Assembly (NCBI GenBank): GCA_002104945.1
Contig: MCFH01000068.1
Coordinates: forward strand, 62,001 to 126,000
Source of the DNA: Piromyces finnis finn
Taxonomy: Eukaryota > Fungi > Neocallimastigomycota
Reading direction: 5' to 3'
DNA length: 64,000 nt
Shown one piece after another: positions 46,870 to 59,340 of the stretch. The notes beneath the pieces were generated by a model. The model did no database searches. It was not told the origin of the DNA and saw only the letters and a list, made by a program, of their open reading frames with translations. The position numbers and the translations under genes are program-made. Position 1 is the stretch's first letter. Every line of letters starts with the position of its first letter.

Positions 46870-47592
46870 AGATATAAAGTATATCTTTAAATTATTTAAT
46901 AATTAATTAATAATTATTGAATAATAATTTTGATATTTTAATGAAAAAATTGTTTATAAAATTTATTGTATAAATTTTATGGAATAATTAAATAAATATT
47001 AATTTTAAAATATCAAAGTTAGAAATGAAATTTGGATAAATATTTAAATTAATGGATAATTAAATTTAAATATTTTAAATATTCAAATTAAATCTTAAAA
47101 AGTTCTTATTTAATTAAAAAATAGTTTAATAACTTTAGCGTAGTTTTAAATTAGCATTTTTAATTATAAATATATAATAAATAGTATTATTAATATTTAA
47201 TTAATATATAGGTTATACATGGACTGTATTCAATTTGCAGTTTACTCAAATTGAATCAAAAGTGTATTTAATTAGTTTTAGTTTAGTTTTATTATTTTAT
47301 TATTTAATTAAATTAGTATTAAATTAGTTTTGTTTATTTTATATTGAATATATGTATAATTAAATAGAATAGTATATTAAAATATAATTTACAAAAAATA
47401 TAAATACATGTAAAATTTCTTGATTAAAACGATGTAATTGTTATTGACTATTATTTAGTTAATAACTAAATAAAATTAATAAAAGAGATATTTTTTTAAA
47501 TATAATTTATTTTCTTGTTTTTTCTTTATTTTGTGTTGTTGTTTTATTGTAAAAAATTTTATAATCTGTTTTACATTTATAAAACTTTTACA
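46865..47592. repeat. Solo LTR (family LTR-T) with 5-bp TSD GGAAG
   Basis: GGAAG at 46860-46864 and 47593-47597; the LINE frame PETEVRK is restored on removal (compare 37374-38276). Confidence 0.95.
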
Positions 47593-48769
47593 GGAAGTAA
47601 GAAAAACAATTTATAACTATATTTTTACGTTCCTTCTTGGTGGAACTTTAGCTTATGATGAGCTACAAATCGATAAGGCGGAACAAAGACATTTGAATGA
47701 ACAGCTTTACAATTCATCGGGGTTTCATGTTCAATATGTAGAGGGATTTTTTTAACTGCATCAAATATATGTAGAGGGTCTCACGGCTTTTCTTACTAAA
47801 ACAATCTCTATCATTAGTAGCTCTATGAAGCTACTTTTTGATAGGTTTAGTAAGACACCTAACATAATCAAGAACGCCGACGTCGTACCGATATGGCAAA
47901 GGAACATTTCCAATGTTCCGTACACAGGGTTCAATGTTAGTATTTCTTCAAATTTGAATGAAAACATTATGAACTCATGGGAGAGTTTAGTGGACACCAC
48001 TATCATACCTGATGTTGCTTCTTTTTTTTATTTCATTTAATTTATTAGGTAGGAAACAATCCCACACAGTACAAATTGCAGAGTTCATTGAACTTTATAC
48101 AATTTAAATAATTATTTTATATTATTTTATATTTATATTTTTATTTATATATATTTTATTATTTTTATTTATTATTTATTATATCAATATGTATTATCAC
48201 TTAATATTATGTAATATCACAAATTAAATAAATAAAAGATGTTTATTCTCTTCCTAGTCTAAAAAATATATATATATATATATTATTAAATTATATTTAT
48301 TAATATTAATTATTAACTATTAACTATTGTGAATATGTTTAATTAATAAATAGTTTTATTAATAAGGTTAACATTAATATTAGAGAATGATGTGATATGA
48401 AATTAATATGTCTAGCTACATATTAGCCATATTTAAAATATTCAATTTTAAATTTTAAAATTTATATATAATTGTGAAATAAATTTAATTAATAAATAAT
48501 TTTATTAATAAGGTTAACAAAGAGAAAAAGTTACATTGTAAATATTACAGTTATATAATGAGATGTAAGGTCATGTGACCATAGAAAATAAAATAAAATA
48601 AATAAAAAATAACTATCTCTACAACACGTAGACATTACGTTTACAACACTTTAAATACATGTTTATGTTTTTATAAATTAGTCACGTGTGTTTATAAATA
48701 TATGATATAAATAAATAAAATTATGTGTCCATAAATGTTCACAATAATATTTCATAATAATAATATAAT

Positions 48770-48977
48770 TGTTAGAATTTTAGGTTTTTTAATATTGACT
48801 TTGTTATGGTAATTTATTAATGTTTTATTACAAAGATTTAATTAACAATTACAAGTTTGTATTTATACTAAAATTTATGGCTTATGCTCTAATACATACA
48901 TTATCAATACATTACATTATATTAAATACATTTTACTAATGAATAAGGTTTATAATAAAATTTGAGATTTTCTAACA
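48770..48977 (-). repeat. Copia 3' LTR, 208 bp
   Basis: Perfect 8-bp inverted termini TGTTAGAA/TTCTAACA; PPT GAGGGGGAA at 48978-48986. Confidence 0.85.
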
Positions 48978-50777
48978 TTCCCCCTCAAACTTGATTTCAT
49001 TTTGAAATTCAATGTTTGAAGTTTTGTTTTAGAATATATAAAATGAAATAAAATAAAATAAAATAAAATAAATTTTTTTTTAATAGAACTTTGTCAGATT
49101 ATTATTGAATGTATAGATAAGTTTAAGTAAATATAAAGTGTAATAACGTAAATAATTTTTTGTGCAACTTATTATTTTACAAAAATTTTATCTGTAAAAT
49201 TTCTAATTTTTATAGAATTTAAATTTTTTGTGAGTGCATTAGCCAACATATCATTTGTGTTCTTATATTCTAGCTTTACTCTTTTATTTATAATATTATC
49301 CTTGTTGAAGTAGTATTTTATTGAGATATGTTTGAGTTTTGGGTTGGCTTCTCCATTTTCAAAAATTGCTTTGCTTGATTTGTTGTCCGTAAATATTGTA
49401 ATGATTATTTTTTGGTTGAATAGGCTGTAATAAAACCTTTTCCGTTGTATTTCAGTTTGTAATGAATTGTGTTGTGTAAATACTTAAGGATAATAAGAAC
49501 ACAATGCCAATCTGATACAGTGGGATTTTCACAAGATCTAGCAGCTTTGTGTACTGCGAAAGAAATATCCGGTCTGGTGCATTTTGCAAGGTAAATGATG
49601 GATACTAATGCACTTTTATATGTTGTGGCGTCAAATTTTTCATCACACATTTGTGGCTTGTCAATACAACATGGAGTATTATATCGATAAGTGTATTTAG
49701 TGTTAATAACTCCAAAGTTTTGTAAAAGATTTTCAATAAAATTTCTTTGCGAAATAAAATAGGAGTAGCTAGATTTTTCAACAGTTATGCCTAATAAGTA
49801 ATGAATTTTTCCATAATTTGAAATATTAAATTTGTTATTGATCTTATTTATTATGGATTCGATGATGTTAATATTGCCACAGATGATCATATCATCAACG
49901 TAAATACCAAGAATGCATATTGTATTATTGTTATGAGATTTTTTAAATATACATGGTTCTGATTTAAGCTGGTAGAAACCTGAATTAATGAGAAAATTTG
50001 AAATGGTAAGATACGATTGTCTTCCGGATTGTCGGAGACCATATAATGCTTTGTTGAGTAGCCAATATCCTTTGTTGTAGTTCTTGTCACTGGGAGGTAT
50101 TGTGGCGTAGATTTATTTATCAAGTTTAGCATTTAGGTAAGCGGTTTTAATATCCAGTTGGTAAATTTCCCATTTAAGTTTAGCAGCAGTAGAGATGATA
50201 AACTTTAAACTATCAGAATTTAATGTTGGAGAATAGGTTAAGTCAAAATCGGTCCCGTAAACTTGAGTGAAACCTCTGGCTACGAGTCTGGCTTTATATA
50301 TGGTGATATTATTATTTTCATCCCTCTTGATGGTGAATACCCATTTTGTGTAAACTAATTTTCTTTCTTTGGAAATTTTGGGAACAAAAGTCATGATTTT
50401 ATTAGAATATAAATTGTTAAGTTCTTCATTAATTGCATTGATCCAGTGTGATTTATTGGAACACGTAGTGGCTTGTTTGTAATTAAATGAAATATCTGAT
50501 TCATATGTATACGTGGATTCTTCTAAATTTAAAACCAGTCTTTTGTTATCATTAAGCAGTGGTGAATCATATGGATGTTTTTTAGGGATATTGATGTTTG
50601 ACTGTTAATTTATGTTACCTGAAATTGTTTTATTATCATTATTTGAAACATTTGAATCATTGTCTGAATCCTTGTATTTAGTTTTATTTTCAAAAGTTGT
50701 ATTGGCATTTTCATTTGTGGCGTCGTATTTTTTATTAATATTATTATTGTTGTTGGAAAAATTATTATTACAGTATT

Positions 50778-51397
50778 TGTAAAGATATTAAACACCTCTG
50801 TTTGATATCTTTAATGTAACTTAAGCCACAAGTATTATTGTTTAAGTTACACAATTTATATTACAGAAAAAGAAAATGAGGCATAATTTATTTATTAAAA
50901 ATTAAAGTTTAAAACAAAATAAATTATTAGTTTATTTTTAATGTTTAACAAGTAAATTAATATTCTCAATGTAAATCCTTAGTTTTAGTATTGTTTTTTT
51001 TAGAAATAGATAAATAATATATAAATAATAAATGATTAATATATCAATAATACATGGGCACATATTCAAATTAAATAGTACTTAATTTGAATTGCCAATT
51101 GTATTTTACTAAAATAGTTATAGTTTAAATATTCTATTAATAATTAAGATTTTAGTGTAGGTTTTAAATAATAATATATTTTAAATAAATAGCTATAATA
51201 TAATATAAATGTATTTAGGAAAAATATAAATAGAAGATATTTTTCATCATTTTATCGATGTAATTGTTATTAATAAAATTTCTATTATAATAAAAGATAT
51301 TTTTATAAAAACAATTTTTCTTTTTTCTTATTTAAATTTTAGTGTTATTGTAATAGAATAGATATCCTAATCTATTCTTCCAGTGTTCAACATTACA
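50778..51397 (+). repeat. Solo LTR (family LTR-U) with 5-bp TSD GTATT, inside copia
   Basis: GTATT at 50773-50777 and 51398-51402. Confidence 0.93.
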
Positions 51398-52175
51398 GTA
51401 TTCGAATGTGGCGTTATTATTCATGACATCATAAAAATTCTTATCCATTTGTTCATTGGTGTCATCAATCCTAGTATTGAGTCTTTCAAATATATTGTAG
51501 TGGTTGATGTTTGTATTGTAATTTGGATGATTGTTAGTGTTATACTGGTTATTGAACGTAAAATTTCCTGGCTCCTCTTCAAGAAAAACAGCTTCTCTTA
51601 CTAAATGAATAGATTGATCACGTGTATTCATAATTATATAACAATTTGTGTCGAATTTTATTCCCAAGAATATGCCTTTTTATGAATTAGTTTCAAATTT
51701 AGACGCTTTATTTTGAATCTTGCTGTAGTAGGATACACAGCCAAATACTTTGATTTTATCAATTTTTACGGTTTTATTGTAGAAAATTTCATTTGGTATT
51801 AAATTTGAGATTCCCTTTCTTGGTGTAATGTTATACAGGTGATTTGTATAAATTACTGCATATGACCAGAAATCTAAGCTAAGTTTAGCCCAAAAAATTA
51901 AGATCTTCGCAGAGTTAATAATGGTTTGGTTGAATCTCTCGGCAATACCATTATTCTCAGGATTATACGGTGGGGAAAATATTTTCTTGATACTGACTTT
52001 TCTACAATATTTCTTTTTCTTTTGTTGTTAAATTCACGTCCGTTATCACTTTTGAAAAATTTAATATTATTTTTAAAGTGATTATTTATAAATTTTAAAA
52101 AATTTAAAATTGTGTTGGTTGCTTCGGCCTTCACTTTGAGTAAGCAAACCTAGTATAACAACGCGAGAGACTCAG

Positions 52176-52954
52176 GTTAACACAATACTAATTAACTATT
52201 TTTTGTATTAATAGTATATTTTATTAATAATTTGATTATTTAATATTATTAATACAAATTAACCTTAATACTAATTCTAAAGACTAAATTTACATGAATT
52301 TTATAAATTATTTATATTTACTATTTATAAATATTCTTATTTAATAATTATGAATAAATATTATTCATATTGATTGGTAACTTCAATTATTTAAATAAAA
52401 AAGAAGAAATAGAAATAGACAAATATTATGGATTAAATATAGCAATCGCTATATTTAATCCATAATATAGAGAACCCAGAGTCGAACATATGACAATGTA
52501 ATGAGGTATATCTAATGATAAGGGTTAGACTAGAAAATCATTAAGGTAAGATTAATGAAAATTTCATAATTATATTTTTATAACCAATCATTAAGTAATT
52601 AATTCACTTATCAAATTGTATTAAAAAAAATAATTTTCATGTATAAAAGAGAGAATAAGAAAGATAAAATAGTTCTTTAACTAATAATTAATAAAAATTA
52701 GTTTTTTTTTTGTTTCGTCTTTAGTTTGATAATACACTGACCTAGCGAGTTAGTCGTATTATAATAATAAATTTAATAAATAAACATTATTAAAAAAATA
52801 TATATATTTGATTACATTAGAGTGTGTGTGTTTATTATTATAATATTTCGTTACAGACAAGTAGGTCAGCGTCCAACAACCTGACGGCGAAGCCAGCTTA
52901 GGGAACCCCGAAATACAATTTTGGTGAAAAGGTACAAAGCCTTTATACATTACA
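52176..52954. repeat. LTR-like insertion in the copia integrase, possible TSD CTCAG, itself carrying a solo LTR-S
   Basis: Right end CATTACA followed by CTCAG (52955-52959); CTCAG also at 52171-52175, but the left end reads GT rather than TG. Confidence 0.45.
52497..52855 (+). repeat. Solo LTR (family LTR-S) with 5-bp TSD GACAA
   Basis: GACAA at 52492-52496 and 52856-52860; near-identical to 61885-62253. Confidence 0.94.
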
Positions 52955-54492
52955 CTCAGGATTTTCTACTAAATTCATCAATAAATGTGATGATATATTT
53001 CATATCATCTATTGATGTGGGTTTTATAGGTCCGATGATGTCAGAATGGATGGTTTCCAGGATATTAGATGATTTTGGAATAACTTTATTATGGGGTTTT
53101 GCCTTCAATTTTGATATCTTGTAATCTAGGCATTGGTCATTTTCCTTCGTTCTGAGTTCCAAATATTTGTTTAAATCTTCCTGGTAGTAGTGACCTAGAC
53201 GACGGTGCCATAAGTCTTGGTTAAAAGTTTCAGTGGAGCAAAATTATTGATTAAGATTATTGAATTTTATCCTAATAACATTATTGCTGTCAAGTTCGTG
53301 TTTACTAATAACTTTGTCTGTATGGTTGGACAAAATTAAGAGAACCTTACCATTTTGATTCTTTAACTGAGTATTAATACCGGCTATCGTTAGTTTTATT
53401 CCACTGATAAGACTTTTATTAACTTCATTTGAGAAAAGTACTCTTTCTAAGACTATCTCAGTTCCGTTTATGGCTCCGCGGTAAGTACCATGGCCCTCAA
53501 AGTACAAGTAGAACCATTTGCACAGCTCATAGTAATTTTTTCGGTAATAAAGTTTTCTAAGATCCCTTTGTTGTTCGTTATATGTTCACTTGCTCCAGTA
53601 TCATAAGTCCATACTGACGTTGTGTAACCTTCATTTTGGTCATGTGACTTCCAAAATTACATGAACATATTTCTTCTGTATTTTCTAATGGAAAAACGTT
53701 TTCAAGGGTTAAATCATCAAGTATATTTATCACGTGGTTGACATCTGGTTGTTCAGTGTTTATGTTTGTGTAACATTTATTTTCAGGGTTAGAAATTTTT
53801 GGATCATCCATTTTTTCATTACTCTTAATTTCATTTTCAATATTATCGGCAGAAGGTCCAAACATTGTATTGATTTCTTCAAAGCATGGAGTACTATCCG
53901 AGGTTGTCTCGTTCTCAATATTAGAACAATATTTGTCGTCCTTTGATTTTCCTTTGTTTGGTTGAGTTTTATAATTTTCGTTAAATTTATTATTTTTCTT
54001 GGTTCTGATTGAACGGCTGGGGTTATAATAGCAATCTTTGGCTAAGTGTCCCGGAATGTCACAGATAACACAATATTTGTTTCTGTGATATTGTTTGTAT
54101 TTCTTCTATTTCCCTTTGAACGTTTTCCTTCTATATTGTCTGTATCCATGTAGTCATTGTTTGAATTTTTGAAGTTGTTGATGGATGGGTTATTATTTCT
54201 TCTTATGTTTCTAGGGTTAAAATTGTTATTTCTTTGGTTGTGGGTTTGGTTATTATTGTATTCCATTTGGTAGCAAATAACTGTGTATCTATTATAATTT
54301 CATATAGTGTTTCTGGTGTATATTGGGAACTCATTAGTATTTTATCCTTAAGGATGTTTGGTAGAGCGTTGTACATAATTGTTATTTTTTCCATGTTTGA
54401 TTTGTTCATGCATGAGTTTTAGAGTAATTTAAATAATTCCATAATCTCATTCATGACATTTATGGTTTCCTTGAGGTTGGTATCCTTGAGAG

Positions 54493-54919
54493 TGTAAAGA
54501 AATGTGTCTTTAACAATAAAAACAAATTATAATATTTACTAAATAACTTAGTAATATTAACACTTTAAAATATTCTGTAAATTATTAATTTATAAAAATA
54601 TCATTAAAAACATAGAATTTAATTTAATAAGTTAGTGTTTAATAATATAATTATTTATTAATAAAATCTCGATTTTTTAAAATATTTGGGAAAATTCACT
54701 CGTATTTATACTAAAAATTTTTTAAATTAATTTATAAAATTTTTTCAACTTAAAATTCTTAGGCAATCAATAATCTTCATATAAAATAAAATTTAAAAAT
54801 AAAATAAAATAAAATTATAATTTTTTAAAATAGTATCTATGAGGTCTCGACCTAGTGTCATTCAGACTCAAAGTCTTAGCTACTAACCACTAAGACAATT
54901 TAGTTATTTCTAGTATTCT
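54493..54919 (-). repeat. Diverged LTR-Y homolog, terminus interrupted by LTR-X
   Basis: Starts TGTAAAGAA like 1995; shares GTTAGTGTTTAATAAT, TTCACTCGTATTTATA and GTCTTAG..TACTAACCACTAAGAC. Confidence 0.78.
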
Positions 54920-55628
54920 TGTTAAGGAACCAACAAATAATGTTATTCTTGTCATAATTAATGATTATGACCTAATCCATTCATTATTGTTCCTAAATGT
55001 ATGAAAACTTTACAATATTCTTATTTGTAAATTAATGTATACACTTAAATTATATTTAAAATTATTAATAATTATTTTTATTGAACTTAAATTTTATTTT
55101 ATTAAACTTAAAAATTAATTTAGTAATAATAATATATTGAAAATTATAGTTTATTGAACTTTTAGTTTAATTTATCAAGTTAATGAATTTTTATTAATTA
55201 AAATTATGAATAATATTTCTGTAAAATAGTAAAATTCTTTAGTTAAATATATTTAAAGTAAACTTTTAATGTATGTTAATCAATTTAATAATATGTATAA
55301 ATATTTATTATAATAGTAATGTAATTTTATTATTGATTTAAAAGTAATTTAAATACTAAAATTAATGTAAATAATTAAAGACTAATTCTTTTAATTAACA
55401 CTACTTAATTTTTTACAAAAAGTATAAAAAGGTGTATATTATAAGAATTAGAGAATATACAGATATTTTTATTTTTTTTTTATTATTTTTTATAATTTTA
55501 TATTAATATCTTAATAAAACAATTTTATTAATAAAACAATTTTTCTTATTTCATTTTAATATTATTTTTGAGTATTAATAAATTTATTAATATTTTATAA
55601 ATAAAAGTAAATTCCTCGAACCGTAACA
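54920..55628 (+). repeat. 5' LTR (family LTR-X)
   Basis: Homolog of 8689-9390; followed by a PBS-like sequence rather than a TSD. Confidence 0.85.
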
Positions 55629-55635
55629 TAAAAAT

Positions 55636-55651
55636 TGGTGGAGATATCGGG
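55636..55651 (+). other. Primer-binding site, probably tRNA-Ala
   Basis: TGGTGGAGATATCGGG; the complement CCCGATATCTCCACCA resembles the eukaryotic tRNA-Ala 3' end (...CATCTCCACCA); 7 nt from the LTR end. Confidence 0.65.
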
Positions 55652-55769
55652 TAATAATATTAATAAAAATTATTAATACATAGGATAAAGTAATATTAAA
55701 ATATTACTAAAATATTATATAAATTTCTTAAAAATTTATTACCCTTCAAAGTTATAGGTAATATTTATA

Positions 55770-58700
55770 TTAGCTATTTCACAGCTATTTTCAAACCATT
55801 ATTTTTATGTTTCCAAGAAACTGGTAATGGTTCTGGTTCGAATACAAAGTATCTTTGTCGTGTTACTTTGCAAAACTATAGACACTTTTTCAAGAAAGCT
55901 GACGAATCAGTTCCTGGAATGAGAGGTTTATATTTAGGTTTTCACAATTCGTGTCAAGCCTCACTTGAAAACTTCTCTGGAAAGTATATTATTTCTATTT
56001 ATACTTTTAGACTTTTAGTCTCTGGAATAGATTCAAATGCTCGATTGGAAATGTTTATATGCCTCATAGTCATCACTACATCTATGTTGATCATGCAAAG
56101 TTAGAAGTTCGCTTGTGGTTACAAACTCATTCATCCCATCCATCGATTCTTGTTGGTGATTTTAATATGTCTAAAGTAAAATTATCCAACTGGTCATCAA
56201 CTAATGGATTAGGAGATTGGGAAATTCTTCCGCTTAGAGGGTCGACTATCTCTTGGACTCGAGGTGATCAATCTTCCGACATTGACCATGCTCTTATCAA
56301 TTCGAAGATGAAAGATCTTATTCACTCTGAATCATTTATAAATAATTTTTATCCTGTATCAGACCATAAGCCACTTCTTATTAATGGTAAAATTATTCCT
56401 ATGGAAGATTTTTCTAATGACTTTAATGTTCCTAAGAAAATTCTGAAATGGAATAGATTAAAATGTATTGAGGAAAAGGAATCTATTCTCAGTCATAATA
56501 AATTCCAAATACTTTCAGCAAAAATCAACGATCCTAATGTTTCTACAGATGAACTTTCCAAAGAGTTTACTTCAACTGCTTTTTCAATTGCAGACGAGCT
56601 CAGTATTACTTCAGCAAATAATGTTATAAAGTCTTCATTTCATATTTCACAACAAATTTTTAATCTTCAAAAAATCAAAATGAAGTTGTATAAGAGATTT
56701 AAAAAAGAAAGAATTTATGATATAGATGAATTTATTAAAAGAATTAAAATCTACCGTAAGCTCATTGATTACATCCACAAAAGATGTAATGAATTTAGGA
56801 AGCAAGAATATCTTCATTGGATTAAAACAGGATGTGAGTATATGAAGAGTCATAATCCTAAGAAGGCCTGGAAATGGATCAAGAAAACTGCAAAAATTGG
56901 AAAAGATTCTTTCTTTATTGCTCAACCAATTAAAAATAAAAATGGAGAATTAGTTGTTGCTACAGAAGAACAACTAGATGTGTGGCATGATCATTTCGAA
57001 AATCTTGCATCAGATCCAAGTGGTGTAAGTCTTGATTTGGAGCATTGGTATGAAGAACCAACGAATAAACGTTTTTCACTTCCTATGCTTGATGAGTGGG
57101 ATATCAACCAAGATATTAGTATTGATGAAGTCAAATCAGCTATCCTCACTACTCCAAATTATAAAGCATCAGGTCCGGATGGTATTCCAATTGAATTTTA
57201 CAAAGCATTAATTCCATCAAGTAATGATTCTAATAATGCTACAGATAATAATTCTTCCGGTAATACCACTTCAGATAATGATGCTCATGGTTTAAATTTT
57301 ATTCTTAAATTATTCAACCGTATTTGGGATGGAGATTTCCCCAGCTCTAGGAATGAATCCAGTATTGTTTCTATTCCTAAGAAGGGAGATTTGACAGATT
57401 GTGATAACTATCGAGGTATATCACTTATCAATAATGGTATTAAGTTGATTTCCAAAATTGTCACCACTAGAATCTCAGAATATGGTCTAAAGAATAATTT
57501 CATTAGACCTGAACAATTTGGTTTTCGAAAAAAGGAAGAAAGTATCAGTCTTTTCATTTCAATCCAAGAAATATGCCGTAGACGTCAATTGGATAATAAA
57601 GAGACATATTTGGCCTTTTTAGATCTCAGGAAAGCATACGATTCAGTCCCAATCGGTAATATTCTCCATAAATTAGATTGTTTAGGAATCCGAGAAAATA
57701 CACGTGATGCAAATCAAGTAGGACACTTGATAAAAAACTAAAGAAACATGGAGATGTTAAAGCAGTTAAAAACTTTTATTGGAAAGATCTCAAAGGAAAT
57801 TCAATCAAAGCGCAATATTATGATGATAATAAATTTATTGAAACTAAAGATTTTATTAAATTATGTTATGAGTACCCAGAGTTTGCTTATGGCTTCTACT
57901 GGCTCTTGAAAGCAAGAAGCGAATTCAAGTTGGATGCTAGAGTTGCCAAAGCTGCTAAATTTGTTGATCCAGTTTGTCCTAACAACTGTCCATGTTGCAA
58001 GTGTGGTGTTCAAAGTATTAAACATTGGTTATTAGATTGTCCAACATTTAGAGATATCCGTATTAAACATTATGATTCTATAGTCCATCTATTAAATTTT
58101 TTCAGTCAACGTAATTCCAATAGTCCTATCAATAATAATGAAAATGTTAATATCAGTAGAGATAGCAATAACAGTAATAGTAATAGTAACAATAGTAATA
58201 ATAACAATAGTAATAATTACAATAGTAGTAATAGAAATAATAATATTAGTAATGATAGCAATAGTGAAGATAATAATTCTAATTTAGATAGTAATTTAGT
58301 TAATGATAGTAATAGTTCTAATAATCCGGTGAATATTAATGTGTATGATTATTCTAGTGTGTGCAGTAAAATATTTAAATTCCTTCTTGGGGGAAGAAGT
58401 TTTAACAATATTAATTACAATTCAAGGGAATGGAAAGAACTTTGTAAGCGTCAGATTCAATCTGGTACTAATGAAGGAACACCATTCTTGACGGTAACCG
58501 CGGAACTTCTAACCAAAATCATGCCTTTTGCTATTGGCCAGCAATGGTCAATGTTCAAAAGGTTTGAAGCAACATCCAAGAGCGTCAATGCTGAAGAAAC
58601 AGTAAGACAGGCCAGGAGGGCCAGCGCAACCAATGGAGATCATAATTTTATTCCATGATAAAGTTTTGATCTTTTGCTCGATGTCCCATTGGAAGTCAAA

Positions 58701-58880
58701 TACAATTATTATACTTTAGTATGATAGTGGCTTTCTTACTTTAATTAAAATTACTAGAATACATTATACCCAATTTTTATTCATTTGTGTTTATTTAAAC
58801 ATATTTTTTTTTTATTTTTATTTTATTTTAATTTTTATATTACATGTATTATAATTTAATTAAATTAATAATAAAGTTTA
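55770..58880 (+). mobile_element. LINE-B copy 3: 5'-truncated, missing an 853-nt GT-AG segment of RT, no poly(A)
   Basis: ORFs 56059-57741 and 57906-58658 match copies 1 and 2; junction at 57694/57695. Confidence 0.9.
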
Positions 58881-59340
58881 TAATGAATTAATAGAATAGC
58901 TGATTTTAAAATTATATAAACTTAATATAAATAAAAATAATAGTAAATAATCAAAATAATATAAAATATAAATGTTTAATTAAATTTTAAAAATGTAAAA
59001 TATAAACAACTTTTGTTTATAAACAAACTTAAATGTATTTATTTATTATAAATAGAAATAGAAAATATTATTTTTAAAGATTGTTACTAATTAGCAAGGA
59101 AAATTAGAATATTTTAAAATTATAATAAATTAATATATTTTTTTTATAATACATAGCGAGATGTATTATATATTTATTTTAAATAAATAAACTAATATTA
59201 TAAAACAAGATTTGTTTTTAAAACTTTAAATTATATTTAATAATTATATAAACTTGTATAATGAGCAAGTAAAAATAAATCATTCAATTACACACAAATA
59301 TTGTAAAGTGAGCTAGGATTGATATGTAACTTGGTCAGAA

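Larger units (their letters stand above)
43060..48266 (+). mobile_element. LINE-A copy 4, nearly full length, with a +1 frameshift, a solo-LTR insertion and a 33-nt insertion
   Basis: N-domain and EN 43152-44648; RT frame 44641-46864; resumes 47598-47755; true C-terminus 47767-48040; 3' UTR to A6 at 48261-48266. Confidence 0.93.
48770..54492 (-). mobile_element. Decayed Ty1/copia element (gag-CCHC-PR-GAG_pre-integrase-IN-RT-RH, PPT, 3' LTR) with nested insertions
   Basis: Copia domain order; YDTGASEH (about 53585), LWHRRLGH (about 53195), HSDIIGPI...FIDEFSR, SDNGREF, YKARLVARGFTQ, QLDIKTAYLN, RPDISFAV, MLANALTK. Confidence 0.92.

Noticed and set aside
48328-48519. TRIM-like mini element (two 46-47 bp TG...CA direct repeats)
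   Set aside because: No TSD, PBS or PPT; an AT-rich local duplication is enough to explain it.
48569-48690. Two RTCACRTG (CDEI/E-box) motifs suggesting a point centromere
   Set aside because: No CDEIII-like element; short motifs expected by chance; point centromeres are not expected in this lineage.
17024-52960. RIP-like C-to-T hypermutation (several TGG-to-TAG/TGA and CAA-to-TAA stops)
   Set aside because: Repeated copies remain highly similar with long open frames; a few stops do not show a dinucleotide bias. An alignment-based mutation spectrum would be needed.
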